From the NCBI GenBank assembly GCA_963820525.1, contig CAWGAA010000001.1, positions 576,001-640,000 on the forward strand: DNA of 64,000 nt, read 5' to 3'. Shown here piece by piece: positions 29,772 to 39,404 of this stretch (position 1 is its first letter; the number at the start of each line of letters is the position of its first letter). Source of the DNA: an uncultured Spirochaetota bacterium. Lineage in GTDB: Bacteria > Spirochaetota > Spirochaetia > SZUA-6 > Fen-1364. The position numbers and the translations under genes are program-made. The notes beneath the pieces were generated by a model that was not told where the DNA came from, made no database searches, and saw only the letters and a list, made by a program, of their open reading frames with translations.

Positions 29772-30401
29772 CTACATCTTTCGAAGCCGCTCGCGCTGGC
29801 TCTTGAGCATCTGAAGGCTCTCGCCCAGCGAGAAGGGCTTCTTGGCGGGCTTGAAGATGTCCGCCAGAATCTCCTGGAAGCTTCGCCTCAGGGCGGGGCC
29901 CTGCTCCGCCGCCTTCAGCTTCAGCGCATCCAGGCTCTCCTTGTCCGTGATCTGGGAAATGAGCTCGACCCCCCCGTCCGAGGAGCCGATGAGGTAGACG
30001 CTTCCCCCCGCCTCCACCAGGTGCAGCGCCCTGCTGCCGGAAAGGCTTCGCGACCCGAGAATCCTGATGAGGTCGTTTTCCTGGATCTTTCTGCCCGACC
30101 CTTTTCGAAGAAGGAAGAAGATGAGGTAGATGAATCCCACGACGCAGGCCAGCACCAGGAGCATGCGCACGAAGTCCCACGTGGAGACCGTCGGCGCCGG
30201 CGCCTGCTGTGCGGATGCGGCCGCGGGAACCTGCTGCCCGGGCTCCGGTATGGCGAGCTCTGATTCGCGGACGGCCGGCGCCGGGGCGGCCGGAGCGTCG
30301 ACTTTCGTACTCGCGACGTCCCGCTTCTCCTGACAGAATGCGGCCGGGGCCGCCAGGGCCAGGACGATGAGAGTCGCCCAGATCAGCGATTGGGCACGCA
30401 A
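29772..30401 (-). CDS. fliO: FliO (spirochete FliZ) flagellar biosynthesis protein
   Basis: Signal-like N-terminus, one TM, FliO-like beta region; between fliY and fliP. Confidence 0.8.
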   Translation of the reverse strand: MRAQSLIWATLIVLALAAPAAFCQEKRDVASTKVDAPAAPAPAVRESELAIPEPGQQVPAAASAQQAPAPTVSTWDFVRMLLVLACVVGFIYLIFFLLRKGSGRKIQENDLIRILGSRSLSGSRALHLVEAGGSVYLIGSSDGGVELISQITDKESLDALKLKAAEQGPALRRSFQEILADIFKPAKKPFSLGESLQMLKSQRERLRKM

Positions 30402-30475
30402 ATGCGTGCAGACTGCGCGCGCGCTTCGGCGCGCTGGAGATAGCTTTTTCAGATTCCCCCTCCCAGTTCAATCCG

Positions 30476-30510
30476 AAAAAAGGCTCTTCGAGCTCGGGCC
30501 TCAGGCCCGA
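30476..30510 (-). terminator. Possible terminator after fliY
   Basis: Hairpin TCGGGCC-TGA-GGCCCGA, then a short hairpin and 6 T on the minus strand. Confidence 0.35.
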
Positions 30511-30512
30511 CT

Positions 30513-31625
30513 CTATGTCAAATCGTTCATTCGATCAATCTGCGATACGATCTCCGTCACGCGCACGCCGAAGTTCTCGTCGATGACCACGACCTCTCCC
30601 TTGGCGATGAGCTTGTGGTTCACCAGGATGTCGACGGGCTCGCCGGCCAGCTTGTCCAGCTCGATGATCGTTCCCTCGCCGATTCCGAGGATGTCCTTGA
30701 TCCGTTTCCTCGTTCTTCCCAGCTCCACGGTCATCTCCATGTACACGTCCATGAGAAGACCGATGTTTCCCTGCTCTCCCACCATCTGGGCGGGCTGGAG
30801 GTTGGCGAACTGCACGGGCTGGACGTTCGGCGGCGCCGCGCCGGGCCCTCCGAAGACCTGTCCGAAGGTCTGCTGGAAACCCTGGGGCGCCCCGAAGCCC
30901 CCTCCCTGGCCCGCCTGCGCGGCTGACTGCCTCGGAGCCTGGGCGCGCGCGGCGCTCGCGGCGGGCCGCGAGCCGGACGCCGAGGACAGCGAGAGGATCT
31001 CCTTGACCAGAGAAAGGGAGTACACTTCCGTGAGCGGCGAAGGCGGAAAGCCTTCGATGTTCATGGGATACTCCACAGTCACGACGAACTCACCCTGCGG
31101 AAGCCGCGCCTGCGACCTCTTGGCCTGGCGGAGGTCCGGGGGGGCCATCTTTATCGTGCGGCTGATCTGGTTTCCGATGGCCGTGGCCGCCGTCCCCGTG
31201 ATCTGGGAAACCGCCTCGGCAACGGCGGAGAGAGACGCCTCGTCGAGATCTCCCCCCGGCTGCCCCATCATGAGCCCCGCGATGGTGGTGGCGCTTTCCT
31301 TCGTTATGATATAGGCGTGCTCGCCCACCAGACCGTCTGTGAAATCCACGCGGACGTCGACCACCTCTTCGGCCCCGCCGCCGGAAAGCTCCGCCGCGGG
31401 GCGGACCCTCACCAGCGGATCTCCGATCGTCACGGTCTTGCCCGTGAGGATCGAAAGGTTGGAGCCCTGGCTCTCGGTGACGCCGCGCAGGAAATCCTGC
31501 AGGTGCGCCCTCTCCGCCTCCGAAAGGGGTGAGGAGGAAGCGCCCGCGCCCGGTTCCATTTCTATCGCGTCGGTTCCCTGCAAAAGGGCATCGATCTCGT
31601 CCTGCGAGAGCGATCCATCACTCAT
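30513..31625 (-). CDS. fliY: Flagellar switch protein FliY (CheC-like domain + FliN domain)
   Basis: LSQDEIDALL, CheC-like middle, VELGRT...LDKLAGEPVDI...GEVVVIDENFGVRV. Confidence 0.92.
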   Translation of the reverse strand: MSDGSLSQDEIDALLQGTDAIEMEPGAGASSSPLSEAERAHLQDFLRGVTESQGSNLSILTGKTVTIGDPLVRVRPAAELSGGGAEEVVDVRVDFTDGLVGEHAYIITKESATTIAGLMMGQPGGDLDEASLSAVAEAVSQITGTAATAIGNQISRTIKMAPPDLRQAKRSQARLPQGEFVVTVEYPMNIEGFPPSPLTEVYSLSLVKEILSLSSASGSRPAASAARAQAPRQSAAQAGQGGGFGAPQGFQQTFGQVFGGPGAAPPNVQPVQFANLQPAQMVGEQGNIGLLMDVYMEMTVELGRTRKRIKDILGIGEGTIIELDKLAGEPVDILVNHKLIAKGEVVVIDENFGVRVTEIVSQIDRMNDLT

Positions 31626-32653
31626 GCTTCTCCCTCCTCGTCGGCGACGAGCTCTTCGAACTCAGCCTGCTCGATGTCCTCGAGCTTCTTCAGCACCTGG
31701 ATGGCGGTCTTGTTGCCCACCACCCCGGGGCGGCACATGAACTTCCTTCTGTCCCCGATCTTCAGAACCATCGGGTCGTTCATCCGAACGTTCTGCAGGC
31801 GGATGATGTCCCCGAGGCGCAGCGCCAGCACGTCGCGCATCGTGATGTCGATGCTGCCCACCTCTGCCACGAGAGTGATCTCTATCCCTGCCAGCCTGTC
31901 GCGAAGGATGTTGAGGTTCTCCGTCGTGGTTCCCCTTCGCACCGAGGAGTACATGTACTGCGCCGAAAGCTTCGAGATGATGGGCTCGATGGTGAGGTAG
32001 GGGATGCAGAAGTTCATCATCCCCTCCACCTCCCCCACCTTGGTCTCCAGGGTGACGAGCACGACCATTTCGTTGGGGGGGATGATCTGGGCGAACTGCG
32101 GATTTGTCTCGATCTGGCCCAACCGCGGCCGAAGGTCGATCACGGTCGCCCACGACTCGCGGAGGTTCCCCAGGATGCGCACGATGATCCCCTCGATGAC
32201 GGAGGCCTCGATGTCGGTGAGCTCACGCGTGAACTTGGCCCCCTCGCCCTGGCCGCCGAAGAGCCGGTCGATGATGGAGAAGGTGATCGCCGGATCCACT
32301 TCGAGAATTGCGGAGCCCTTCAGCGGGTCCATGTTGATGATGGCCAGCGTCGTCGGGTTGGGGATGGAGCGGATGAACTCCTCGTAGGTGAGCTGGTCCA
32401 CCGAGGCCACGTGCACGTGGGCGAGGCTTCGAAGCTGCGCCGAAAGGGCCGTGGTGGTGAGGCGCGCGAAGGTCTCGTGCATGATGGAGACCGTGCGGAT
32501 CTGATCCTTGGAAAACTTGTCCGGCCGCTTGAAGTCATAGATCTTGATCTTGCGCTGATCCGCCGGTGCGCTGACTTCCTCAGCCGCCACCTCTCCGGAG
32601 GAGATCGCCGTGAGAAGCTGGTCTATCTCGTCCTGTGAAAGGACTTCGGTCAT
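31622..32653 (-). CDS. fliM: Flagellar switch protein FliM
   Basis: LSQDEIDQLL, YDFKRPDKFSKDQ, ETNPQF. Confidence 0.97.
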   Translation of the reverse strand: MTEVLSQDEIDQLLTAISSGEVAAEEVSAPADQRKIKIYDFKRPDKFSKDQIRTVSIMHETFARLTTTALSAQLRSLAHVHVASVDQLTYEEFIRSIPNPTTLAIINMDPLKGSAILEVDPAITFSIIDRLFGGQGEGAKFTRELTDIEASVIEGIIVRILGNLRESWATVIDLRPRLGQIETNPQFAQIIPPNEMVVLVTLETKVGEVEGMMNFCIPYLTIEPIISKLSAQYMYSSVRRGTTTENLNILRDRLAGIEITLVAEVGSIDITMRDVLALRLGDIIRLQNVRMNDPMVLKIGDRRKFMCRPGVVGNKTAIQVLKKLEDIEQAEFEELVADEEGEA

Positions 32654-32669
32654 TCGACTCTCTCCCGCA

Positions 32670-33221
32670 TCATTTCACAACGGAAAACTCCCGGAACACG
32701 ACGCGCTTGATCTTGCCCGTGCGCATGATCTTGTTGATCTGGTTCATCAGGTCGGTCTGGATGTCGTCGTAGTACGGCGGGCTGAGCTGGGCCGCCGTTC
32801 GCTGGGAGATGTACTTCAGCGAAAGATCCTGGATCTCGCGCACGCGAAGCCCGATCTCGGTGCTCACGTCCTTCGCGTTCATATCGTAGCCCAGGCTCAC
32901 CCGCACGAGGAAGATGGCGGGGGTCTCGTCCGCGGTCTGACCCCGGATGGGGTCGATGTTGTCGTAGTACGCGAGGGGCTCGGATTTCGCCTGGTACTCC
33001 GGCGAGGACGCGGCGAGGTTCTGCGCCGTGGTGCCCTTGGAAATGACGCTGAAGGTTATCACCGTCACCGTCACGACGAGGATGATGACCCCCAGACCGA
33101 TGGCCGCCCACTTGAGAATGGTGAGGATGAGCCCGGAGAAGAGCCGCGGTTTCTTGGCACCCGCTTCTTCCGCGCCCGCGCCGACATCTTCAAGATTTAG
33201 ATCTTGCTGTTCGTCAGACAT
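32670..33221 (-). CDS. fliL: Flagellar basal-body protein FliL
   Basis: Single TM plus periplasmic domain; between motB and fliM. Confidence 0.88.
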   Translation of the reverse strand: MSDEQQDLNLEDVGAGAEEAGAKKPRLFSGLILTILKWAAIGLGVIILVVTVTVITFSVISKGTTAQNLAASSPEYQAKSEPLAYYDNIDPIRGQTADETPAIFLVRVSLGYDMNAKDVSTEIGLRVREIQDLSLKYISQRTAAQLSPPYYDDIQTDLMNQINKIMRTGKIKRVVFREFSVVK

Positions 33222-33239
33222 CCCCTCCCCCTTACTCGA

Positions 33240-33269
33240 AATCTACCATGAAATAGTAGAAAAATGCAA
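33240..33269 (-). promoter_or_regulatory. Internal sigma70-type promoter of fliL
   Basis: TTGCAT-18bp-TAGATT with TGn extension, in an AT-rich patch. Confidence 0.55.
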
Positions 33270-33295
33270 CATCTGGTCCCCGTGCGCCGTTGCCT

Positions 33296-33391
33296 GGTTT
33301 CCGCGCGCTGTTCACGAATTCCAGCGCGCGGTTTCGTGCGTACTTCGTCGTGGGTCTCCGGTCACGGGTCACGAATTCCCGTGCCCGGTTT
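33296..33391. repeat. Two stem-loops sharing the loop TCACGAATT
   Basis: CCGCGCGCTG-ttcacgaattc-CAGCGCGCGG and CCGGTCACGGG-tcacgaatt-CCCGTGCCCGG, both followed by TTT. Confidence 0.75.
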
Positions 33392-33410
33392 GGTATTCGC
33401 TGCGCGAACA

Positions 33411-34139
33411 TCAGAGATGTCCCTCGCTCAGGATGATGATATCCACCCTCCTGTTGTACGCCCGGCCTTCCGGAGTGTCGTTGCTCGCGATCGGCTCCGT
33501 GTCGGCAAACCCGGCCACCTGGAACTGGTTTTCGCTCACGCCGAGGTCCACCAGGTAGTGCAGGACCGTGGTCGCCCGCGCCGTGGAGAGCTCCCAGTTG
33601 GTCGGGTACGGCCCGCCGGGGGCCACGGCCGTGTTGTCGGTGTGCCCCTCGATCCTGAACTTCCTTCCCGCCAGGTCCTCGGAAGACAGGAGCGCCGCGA
33701 TCCTCTGAAGCAGGGCCCTTGTCTGCTCGATGTTGATCTCCGCGGTGCCCGGCCGGAAGTACGCGTCGGATGCAAGCGAAATCACCAGGCCCCTCTCATC
33801 CTCGCGCACGCGCACCATGCGCGCCCTGATTTCGGGCTGGAAAGCGGATACGGCGGCCTTTCGGGCCCGCGCCAGTGCCTGTCCCTTTTCCATGGACGGC
33901 AGGGCCATGATCGTGTTTCCGAGCTCGGCGAGCTTGCCCGCCTGGAGGGTGTTTCCTCCCGTGCGCATTCCAAGGCCCTGGAAGGCCGAAAGGGTGATGT
34001 TGAGGTCCACCTTGTCGATGGAGCCCACGTCGTACATCATCACGAAGAATGTAAGCATGAGGGTCGTCAGGTCTCCCCAGGACAGGAGCCAGAAGGGTGC
34101 GCCTTCTTCACACTCTTTTTTCTTCTTGGCGAAAGGCAT
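33411..34139 (-). CDS. motB: Flagellar stator MotB
   Basis: WLLSWGDLTTLMLTFFV, OmpA-like IEGHTD, NWELSTARA, NRRVDI. Confidence 0.96.
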   Translation of the reverse strand: MPFAKKKKECEEGAPFWLLSWGDLTTLMLTFFVMMYDVGSIDKVDLNITLSAFQGLGMRTGGNTLQAGKLAELGNTIMALPSMEKGQALARARKAAVSAFQPEIRARMVRVREDERGLVISLASDAYFRPGTAEINIEQTRALLQRIAALLSSEDLAGRKFRIEGHTDNTAVAPGGPYPTNWELSTARATTVLHYLVDLGVSENQFQVAGFADTEPIASNDTPEGRAYNRRVDIIILSEGHL

Positions 34140-34142
34140 ACC

Positions 34143-34925
34143 CTACTCCCTCGCCCGCTCCTGCTCGACGGCGATTCGCTGTTTCGGCGGCAGGAAGGAA
34201 ACGAGCTTTTCCTCGAGAATACGGGGGTTGTCGCCGGATTGAATAGAGATAATCCCCTCGATCATGATCTCGCGCACCCGCGACTCGTCCCCGTCCTGGT
34301 CCAGGAGCTTGCGCTTCCAGGGCGTGAACATGAGGTAGCACATGAGCGCCCCGTAGAGGCTCGTGATGAGGGCGAGCGACATGCCCGCTCCGATGGATGA
34401 CTTGTCGTTGATGTTCTGGAGCATCGCGATGAGGCCCGCCAGGGTCCCGATCATCCCGAAGGCCGGGGCCAGGGAAGACCAGTCACCGTAGAAGTTGGCT
34501 CCCTCGGAGTGGCGGGATTGCATCTGGTTCAGCTCGTTGTAGAGGATGTTCTTGATGATCTCGGGGTCCGTGCCGTCCACCACGAGCTGGATGCCCTTCC
34601 GCATGAAGTCGTCCTCGACCTCCTCGAGGTCGTCCTCCAGGGCCAGGAGCCCCTCGCGGCGCGCCTTTTCGGAGAATGCCACCAGGCGCGCGATGATCCT
34701 CTCCTCTCCCCAGTGCGGGATGCGCATGACCAGCCGGATCCACTTCATCTGGCCAAGGAACTTCTGGATCCCGTGGCCAACGAGCATTGCGCAGATCGAG
34801 CCTCCGATGGTCATGAACATCGAAGGCACGTCCACGTAGAGCATGATGTTGCCCTTGGCGAGCACGATAGAAATGAGCGTGACGGCAAAGCCCGCTATGA
34901 CCCCAAAAATCGTTCCCAGATCCAT
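34143..34925 (-). CDS. motA: Flagellar stator MotA
   Basis: ARREGLLALE, APAFGMIGTL, ALITSLYG, GDNPR. Confidence 0.96.
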   Translation of the reverse strand: MDLGTIFGVIAGFAVTLISIVLAKGNIMLYVDVPSMFMTIGGSICAMLVGHGIQKFLGQMKWIRLVMRIPHWGEERIIARLVAFSEKARREGLLALEDDLEEVEDDFMRKGIQLVVDGTDPEIIKNILYNELNQMQSRHSEGANFYGDWSSLAPAFGMIGTLAGLIAMLQNINDKSSIGAGMSLALITSLYGALMCYLMFTPWKRKLLDQDGDESRVREIMIEGIISIQSGDNPRILEEKLVSFLPPKQRIAVEQERARE

Positions 34926-34931
34926 TCCTGC

Positions 34932-35129
34932 CTACTCCTCGCTCTTGAATGCCCCGATGAGCTTGCGGTACTCGACGATCCGATTGAAAATCGTCGGGTA
35001 ATCCTCTTTGACGACGAGGCGTTTGCCCGAGAGCATCACCAACGTCGTGTCCGGGTTGCTTTCGATGTACTCGATCTGGTGCGGATTAATGTAGTACGTC
35101 TTCCCGTCAAGTCTCGTCACCTCGACCAT
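34932..35129 (-). CDS. flbD: Flagellar protein FlbD (SwrD family)
   Basis: MVEVTRLDG...INPHQIEYIESNPDT; ATG after GGAGG. Confidence 0.9.
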   Translation of the reverse strand: MVEVTRLDGKTYYINPHQIEYIESNPDTTLVMLSGKRLVVKEDYPTIFNRIVEYRKLIGAFKSEE

Positions 35130-35228
35130 CCGTCCTCCCCTGCGCCGCGCCGCGGGCTTTTCCCCCCTATACGGCAACGGCCCCGACGCATGATGCCCCG
35201 GGGCTTCGCCTTGTTCAATCCCGTCGAA

Positions 35229-35257
35229 AGACTAGGGGGCGTTCAGCCCCGCGTCAA
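35229..35257 (-). promoter_or_regulatory. Internal sigma70-type promoter of flbD-motAB
   Basis: TTGACG-17bp-TAGTCT. Confidence 0.6.
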
Positions 35258-35265
35258 GCCCTGCC

Positions 35266-36654
35266 CTACCTCTTCAGCGTGAGCAGCTCCTGAAGCATCT
35301 GGTCCGCCGTCGTGATGGTGCGCGAGTTCGCCTGGAAGCCGCGCTGGGTCACGATCATGTCGGTGAACTGCTCCGCCAGGTCAACGTTGGACATCTCGAG
35401 GGTTCCCGCGATGACCTTGCCCTTCCCCGCTATCCCGGAGGGGCCCACGTTCGGGTCTCCCGAGTTGTTGGAGACCTGGTACACGTTCTCTCCCGCCTTC
35501 TCGAGGCCGCCCTGGTTGGGGAAGCTCGCCAGGGCGATCTGCCCGATCACGCGGTTGGTTCCATTGGTGTAGACCCCCGTGATGACTCCGGACTGGTCGA
35601 TCTTGAAGCTCTCCAGGTACCCCATGGTGTAGCCGTTCTGCCGGACGGCCTTGGTGGAGCTCGTCTCGGCGAACTGCGTGACCGCGTCCCGGTAGGCGCC
35701 CACCTGTCCCAGGTTGAGGCTGAAGGTCTGGCGCACGGCGGGCTGTCCAGCGGGAATAGTAGCCTCGGGAACATCGTAGGATACCTGCACCTGGAGGTTT
35801 CCCGCGTTTATGACCGTGCCCGCCGCGTCACGAACGTCGGTGAGCGCGCCGAGGTTGTCGAAATCAACGAAAAAGGTGTTCCCGGCCGCGGCGCCCGCCC
35901 CGACCTGGGCCCGGGCATTGGTTGGCGTGGCGGCTCCGGGATCCACGTCAACCGCGACCTGCCAGCGGTTGGCAACGCCGGGCACCTTCGTGAAGTTGGC
36001 TTGAAGCTTGTGGACCCGGCCGAACGAATCGAAGATGTCGAAGGTGGTCTGCCAGGTGCCTTCCTGGATCGTCGCCGCGGTGGCACCTGCGGGGATCTCG
36101 GGGGTCCGCTTGTCGAGGTTGCAGGCGAACCAGACATCCGTTGTGGCGGCCGCCGGGTCCTTGCTCCCTACGGGGATGACGAGGTCCTCCACCTCGGCCG
36201 AGTTGTTCACGAGCGTCACGCCGCCCACGGTCTGGGCCATCCAGCCCTGCACCCGCATGCCGTTGGCGGGATTCACGACCTTCCCGTCCCGGTCCAGGCC
36301 GAAGGCGCCGTTTCTCGTGTAATAGCTCTTGTTGCCGTCGTTGAGGATGAAGAAGCCGTTTCCCTGGAGCGCGACATCCGTCATGACGCCGGTGGACTGG
36401 AGGGCTCCCTGGGTGTGGATCGTGTCGATCGTCGAGACCATCATGCCGAGGCCGACCTGCTGGGGGTTCACTCCGCCCACCGTATCGGTCGGCTTGGCTG
36501 CCCCCGTGAGGGTCTGGGAGAGCATGTCCTGGAAGGTGACCCTGCCCTTCTTGAACCCCGTCGTGTTCACGTTGGCGATGTTGTTGCCGAGGACGTCCAT
36601 CCTCGTCTGGTGGTTCTGCAGGCCGGACACGCCGGCGTAGAGGGACCGCATCAT
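35266..36654 (-). CDS. flgE: Flagellar hook protein FlgE
   Basis: [45 protein letters not shown]165/C178. Confidence 0.97.
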   Translation of the reverse strand: MMRSLYAGVSGLQNHQTRMDVLGNNIANVNTTGFKKGRVTFQDMLSQTLTGAAKPTDTVGGVNPQQVGLGMMVSTIDTIHTQGALQSTGVMTDVALQGNGFFILNDGNKSYYTRNGAFGLDRDGKVVNPANGMRVQGWMAQTVGGVTLVNNSAEVEDLVIPVGSKDPAAATTDVWFACNLDKRTPEIPAGATAATIQEGTWQTTFDIFDSFGRVHKLQANFTKVPGVANRWQVAVDVDPGAATPTNARAQVGAGAAAGNTFFVDFDNLGALTDVRDAAGTVINAGNLQVQVSYDVPEATIPAGQPAVRQTFSLNLGQVGAYRDAVTQFAETSSTKAVRQNGYTMGYLESFKIDQSGVITGVYTNGTNRVIGQIALASFPNQGGLEKAGENVYQVSNNSGDPNVGPSGIAGKGKVIAGTLEMSNVDLAEQFTDMIVTQRGFQANSRTITTADQMLQELLTLKR

Positions 36655-36660
36655 ACGCTG

Positions 36661-37113
36661 TTACTCCTTCGACCTGGTCCTGACGCTCCGGACCTCCGAG
36701 AAATCGTAGTAGTTGCCGTTGACGAGCAGCTGGGGGAAGTCCCCTCCCGTAACTTCCTCCACCATGCCCGAAACCGTTCCCGATGCATTGGGGATCTCCA
36801 CGGTCCTGCCCAAAAGGCCCAGCGCCTGGGTCCGCGCCAGGAGCTTCGCCACGTCGTCCATCCCCTGGCTCATGTTGGTGATCTGCTCGAGGCTGGAGAA
36901 CTGGGCCATCTGGGAGATGAACTCCTTGTCCTCCATGGGCTGCGTGGGATCCTGATGGCTGAGCTGCGTGAGCAGGATCTTGAGAAACTCATCCTTGCCC
37001 AGGGAGCCTCCCGGCTTCGTGGTCTTGCCCGCGTTCACCGTCTTGTTGAAGGCATCGACCTCCCGGTTTGTCTGCAACAGCTCCTGGGGCGAAAGACTCA
37101 AGTTTATATCCAT
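36661..37113 (-). CDS. flgD: Hook-capping protein FlgD
   Basis: LGKDEFLKILLTQLSHQDP, QMAQFSSLEQ. Confidence 0.95.
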   Translation of the reverse strand: MDINLSLSPQELLQTNREVDAFNKTVNAGKTTKPGGSLGKDEFLKILLTQLSHQDPTQPMEDKEFISQMAQFSSLEQITNMSQGMDDVAKLLARTQALGLLGRTVEIPNASGTVSGMVEEVTGGDFPQLLVNGNYYDFSEVRSVRTRSKE

Positions 37114-37138
37114 CGTGTTTCCTCTCTCTCCATCCCGT

Positions 37139-38302
37139 TCACGCGAACAGGTTCACGAGAAGCTCTCCCCAATCCGCCGGCTCCAGAACATCGGCCAGGG
37201 CGCCGGTGAAGCCGCGCGCGGATTCGATCCTCCGCACTGCCGGCGCGTCGCGCTCCTCGCGTCGGGAGTCGGCCCCGCCGCCGCCCACCGAAACCGACAG
37301 GGAGGCGGTCTGGAACCCTTCCGCCGACAGCGCCCGGGTGAGGGAGTCGAGGCTCCCCTCCAGCACGTGCTTCACCGCGGGGTTGTCGACGATGATCTTC
37401 CCATCTATGACATTATCGGACAGATTCAGCCGGACCCTCACAGATCCGAGGGATTCGGGCTTCAGGACGAGCCGGATCTCTCCCCCGCCGTTTCGAAGGA
37501 TTATTCCGGCGGACCGCGCCAGCTCCGACCCCGCCATCTCGCGAAGCCTTTCAAGGGGAGTCTGCAGGGTCAGAGAACGGGGAGCCCCCCCGCCATGAGC
37601 GGAAGGAGAACCCTGGTGAAGCTCCGCCGCGGCTGCCGGCGCCGGAAAGGCTCCGGAGGCGGGCTTCTCCGCGGCCGGGACGGAAGCGCCGCCCTGCCGG
37701 GCGGCCTGGCTGTCGGCCCCGCCCTTCTCCGCCTGCGACTTTCGAAGGTCGACGATGGAGAGCCTGACCTCCGCGGTCTTTCTCTGCCCTTTCTCTGCGA
37801 TTGCCGGCGCAGCAGCCGCCTCGCGCTCGCCCCGGGAGCTTTCCGCGCTCCGGGCCGTTTGGGCCTTCAGCGCGATCTCTGCGGGATGAGCCTGTGCCGC
37901 CCTCTCCTGGACCTGCTCCAGGAGGCTCTTCATCCGCGCCGCCTTCTGACGGGGGGTGAGCCGGGAGTCCTCGAGGATCTCGCGGATCGTTTTCTCGATC
38001 GACGAGGCTTCCCCCATGCCGGCGGCGGACAATCTTGCCAGCGCCGACTCCAGGGCTTTTCTCATTTTTTCGAGGGAATGATCGGCGGAATCAAGCTTTG
38101 ACTGCATGATCCGTGAGAAGGAGCCCTTCGCCGCCCGCTCGGTCAGTGCGGGGCCCCTCGCGGCGGCAGCCGTTCCGCAGGACGTGGCGGATTTCTGCGG
38201 CCTGAGGGCGGGCTTCAGCTTTGCGGCGCGGGCCTTGCGAGTGCCGAGCATGAGCGCCTCTGCAGCGCTTCTCTCGGGGTGGACCAGCGGACCACCTTTC
38301 AC
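37139..38302 (-). CDS. fliK: Hook-length control protein FliK
   Basis: Low-complexity N-terminus; C-terminal IRLVLKPESLGSVRVRL. Confidence 0.88.
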   Translation of the reverse strand: MKGGPLVHPERSAAEALMLGTRKARAAKLKPALRPQKSATSCGTAAAARGPALTERAAKGSFSRIMQSKLDSADHSLEKMRKALESALARLSAAGMGEASSIEKTIREILEDSRLTPRQKAARMKSLLEQVQERAAQAHPAEIALKAQTARSAESSRGEREAAAAPAIAEKGQRKTAEVRLSIVDLRKSQAEKGGADSQAARQGGASVPAAEKPASGAFPAPAAAAELHQGSPSAHGGGAPRSLTLQTPLERLREMAGSELARSAGIILRNGGGEIRLVLKPESLGSVRVRLNLSDNVIDGKIIVDNPAVKHVLEGSLDSLTRALSAEGFQTASLSVSVGGGGADSRREERDAPAVRRIESARGFTGALADVLEPADWGELLVNLFA

Positions 38303-38318
38303 CTTTTGCCTCCTGGTG

Positions 38319-38930
38319 CTACCTCGCCATTTTTCTCTGGAGCGTCGCCGCCCTGTCCGCCGGCATCTGGGAGAGCCAGAACGGAACCACGGAATCGATT
38401 CCTGCGGCGGTCGCCTGTTGATCCGTGATCCTGAAGATGTCGATGATGTCCTGGTCTTCCATCTTCAAGAGAATCGCCACGGCGTTCTTGGGCGGCATGC
38501 TCGTCAGATACGTCGAGTTCTGGACGAGGTTCACCCTTCTATTTTCGAATGCATTGACCCGCTCATTAAATGCTTTTTCTTTGTCCGCTTCGGCCTGCTC
38601 GCGGTCCTTCAGATCCGAGGCCAGCTGCTCCAGCTGCTTCTGGCGCGCGGTGAGCTCCGTGTCGCGCTTGTCCAGGTCCTGCTCGCGCAGGGCAATGGCA
38701 TCGGCCTGTTTCGCCAGCCGCTCGCGATCCAGCAGGTTCGGATCGTCCGCGCTCACCGCCACGGCCTTGGCTCCCAGGCCGAAAAGGCCGTACACGGGGG
38801 CCAGGAGAGAGCGCGCATTGAGGATGCCGAGGTAGTCGAACCAGACGAAGCCGCCCAGCGTGAGAACGATGAGCAAGAGCAAGAGCACCACGATCCGGAC
38901 TCCCGGATGAACTTCCCTGAATTCGGTCAC
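38319..38930 (-). CDS. flbB: Periplasmic flagellar collar protein FlbB
   Basis: TM with WFDYLG, coiled coil, MPPKNAV...WLSQM; between fliJ and fliK as in spirochetes. Confidence 0.85.
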   Translation of the reverse strand: MTEFREVHPGVRIVVLLLLLIVLTLGGFVWFDYLGILNARSLLAPVYGLFGLGAKAVAVSADDPNLLDRERLAKQADAIALREQDLDKRDTELTARQKQLEQLASDLKDREQAEADKEKAFNERVNAFENRRVNLVQNSTYLTSMPPKNAVAILLKMEDQDIIDIFRITDQQATAAGIDSVVPFWLSQMPADRAATLQRKMAR

Positions 38931-38960
38931 GATCCCCTCCCCTGTTCGTGCGTGGCCGGC

Positions 38961-39404
38961 TTACCAATGCTGGCGAAGAGCGGCCGCGGTATTCATGTCG
39001 TCGATGGTCTTGAAATCCTCGTCCTTCTGCTTCTCGTAGTACTCGGTCTGCTTGCGCTCCTTGAGCTTGTCGAGGACCTTCCGTTCCTTGGCCGCCTCCA
39101 GGTATTTCGAGCGTACCTGCTCCAGCTCGACCGTCTTCTCGGCCAGGACGACCTCGTTTTTCTCCTTCTCCCGGGAAAGCCTCCGGATATACAGCTCCCT
39201 CAAGCCCATGGCCTCGACGTCGATCCTGCGCTCGGCCCCGAACAGCCGGCTCCTCTCGACGTCGATCTCCACGACGATCTGGGAAATTCGGTTCTTCAAC
39301 AGGAGGCATTGCCCCAGCACGCGGGCGAGCGCCAGCTCCCACTCGCGCTCCTTGTAGCGGCGAAGCTCGAGAAAACGCTCAAGCCTGAAGCTGAACCGAC
39401 GCAT
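38961..39404 (-). CDS. fliJ: Flagellar export chaperone FliJ
   Basis: FSFRLERFLELR, coiled coil; after fliI. Confidence 0.9.
   Translation of the reverse strand: MRRFSFRLERFLELRRYKEREWELALARVLGQCLLLKNRISQIVVEIDVERSRLFGAERRIDVEAMGLRELYIRRLSREKEKNEVVLAEKTVELEQVRSKYLEAAKERKVLDKLKERKQTEYYEKQKDEDFKTIDDMNTAAALRQHW

Noticed and set aside
33296..33391. Twin hairpins as a mini-CRISPR
   Set aside because: There are only two units, the stems differ in sequence, and no cas genes are present.
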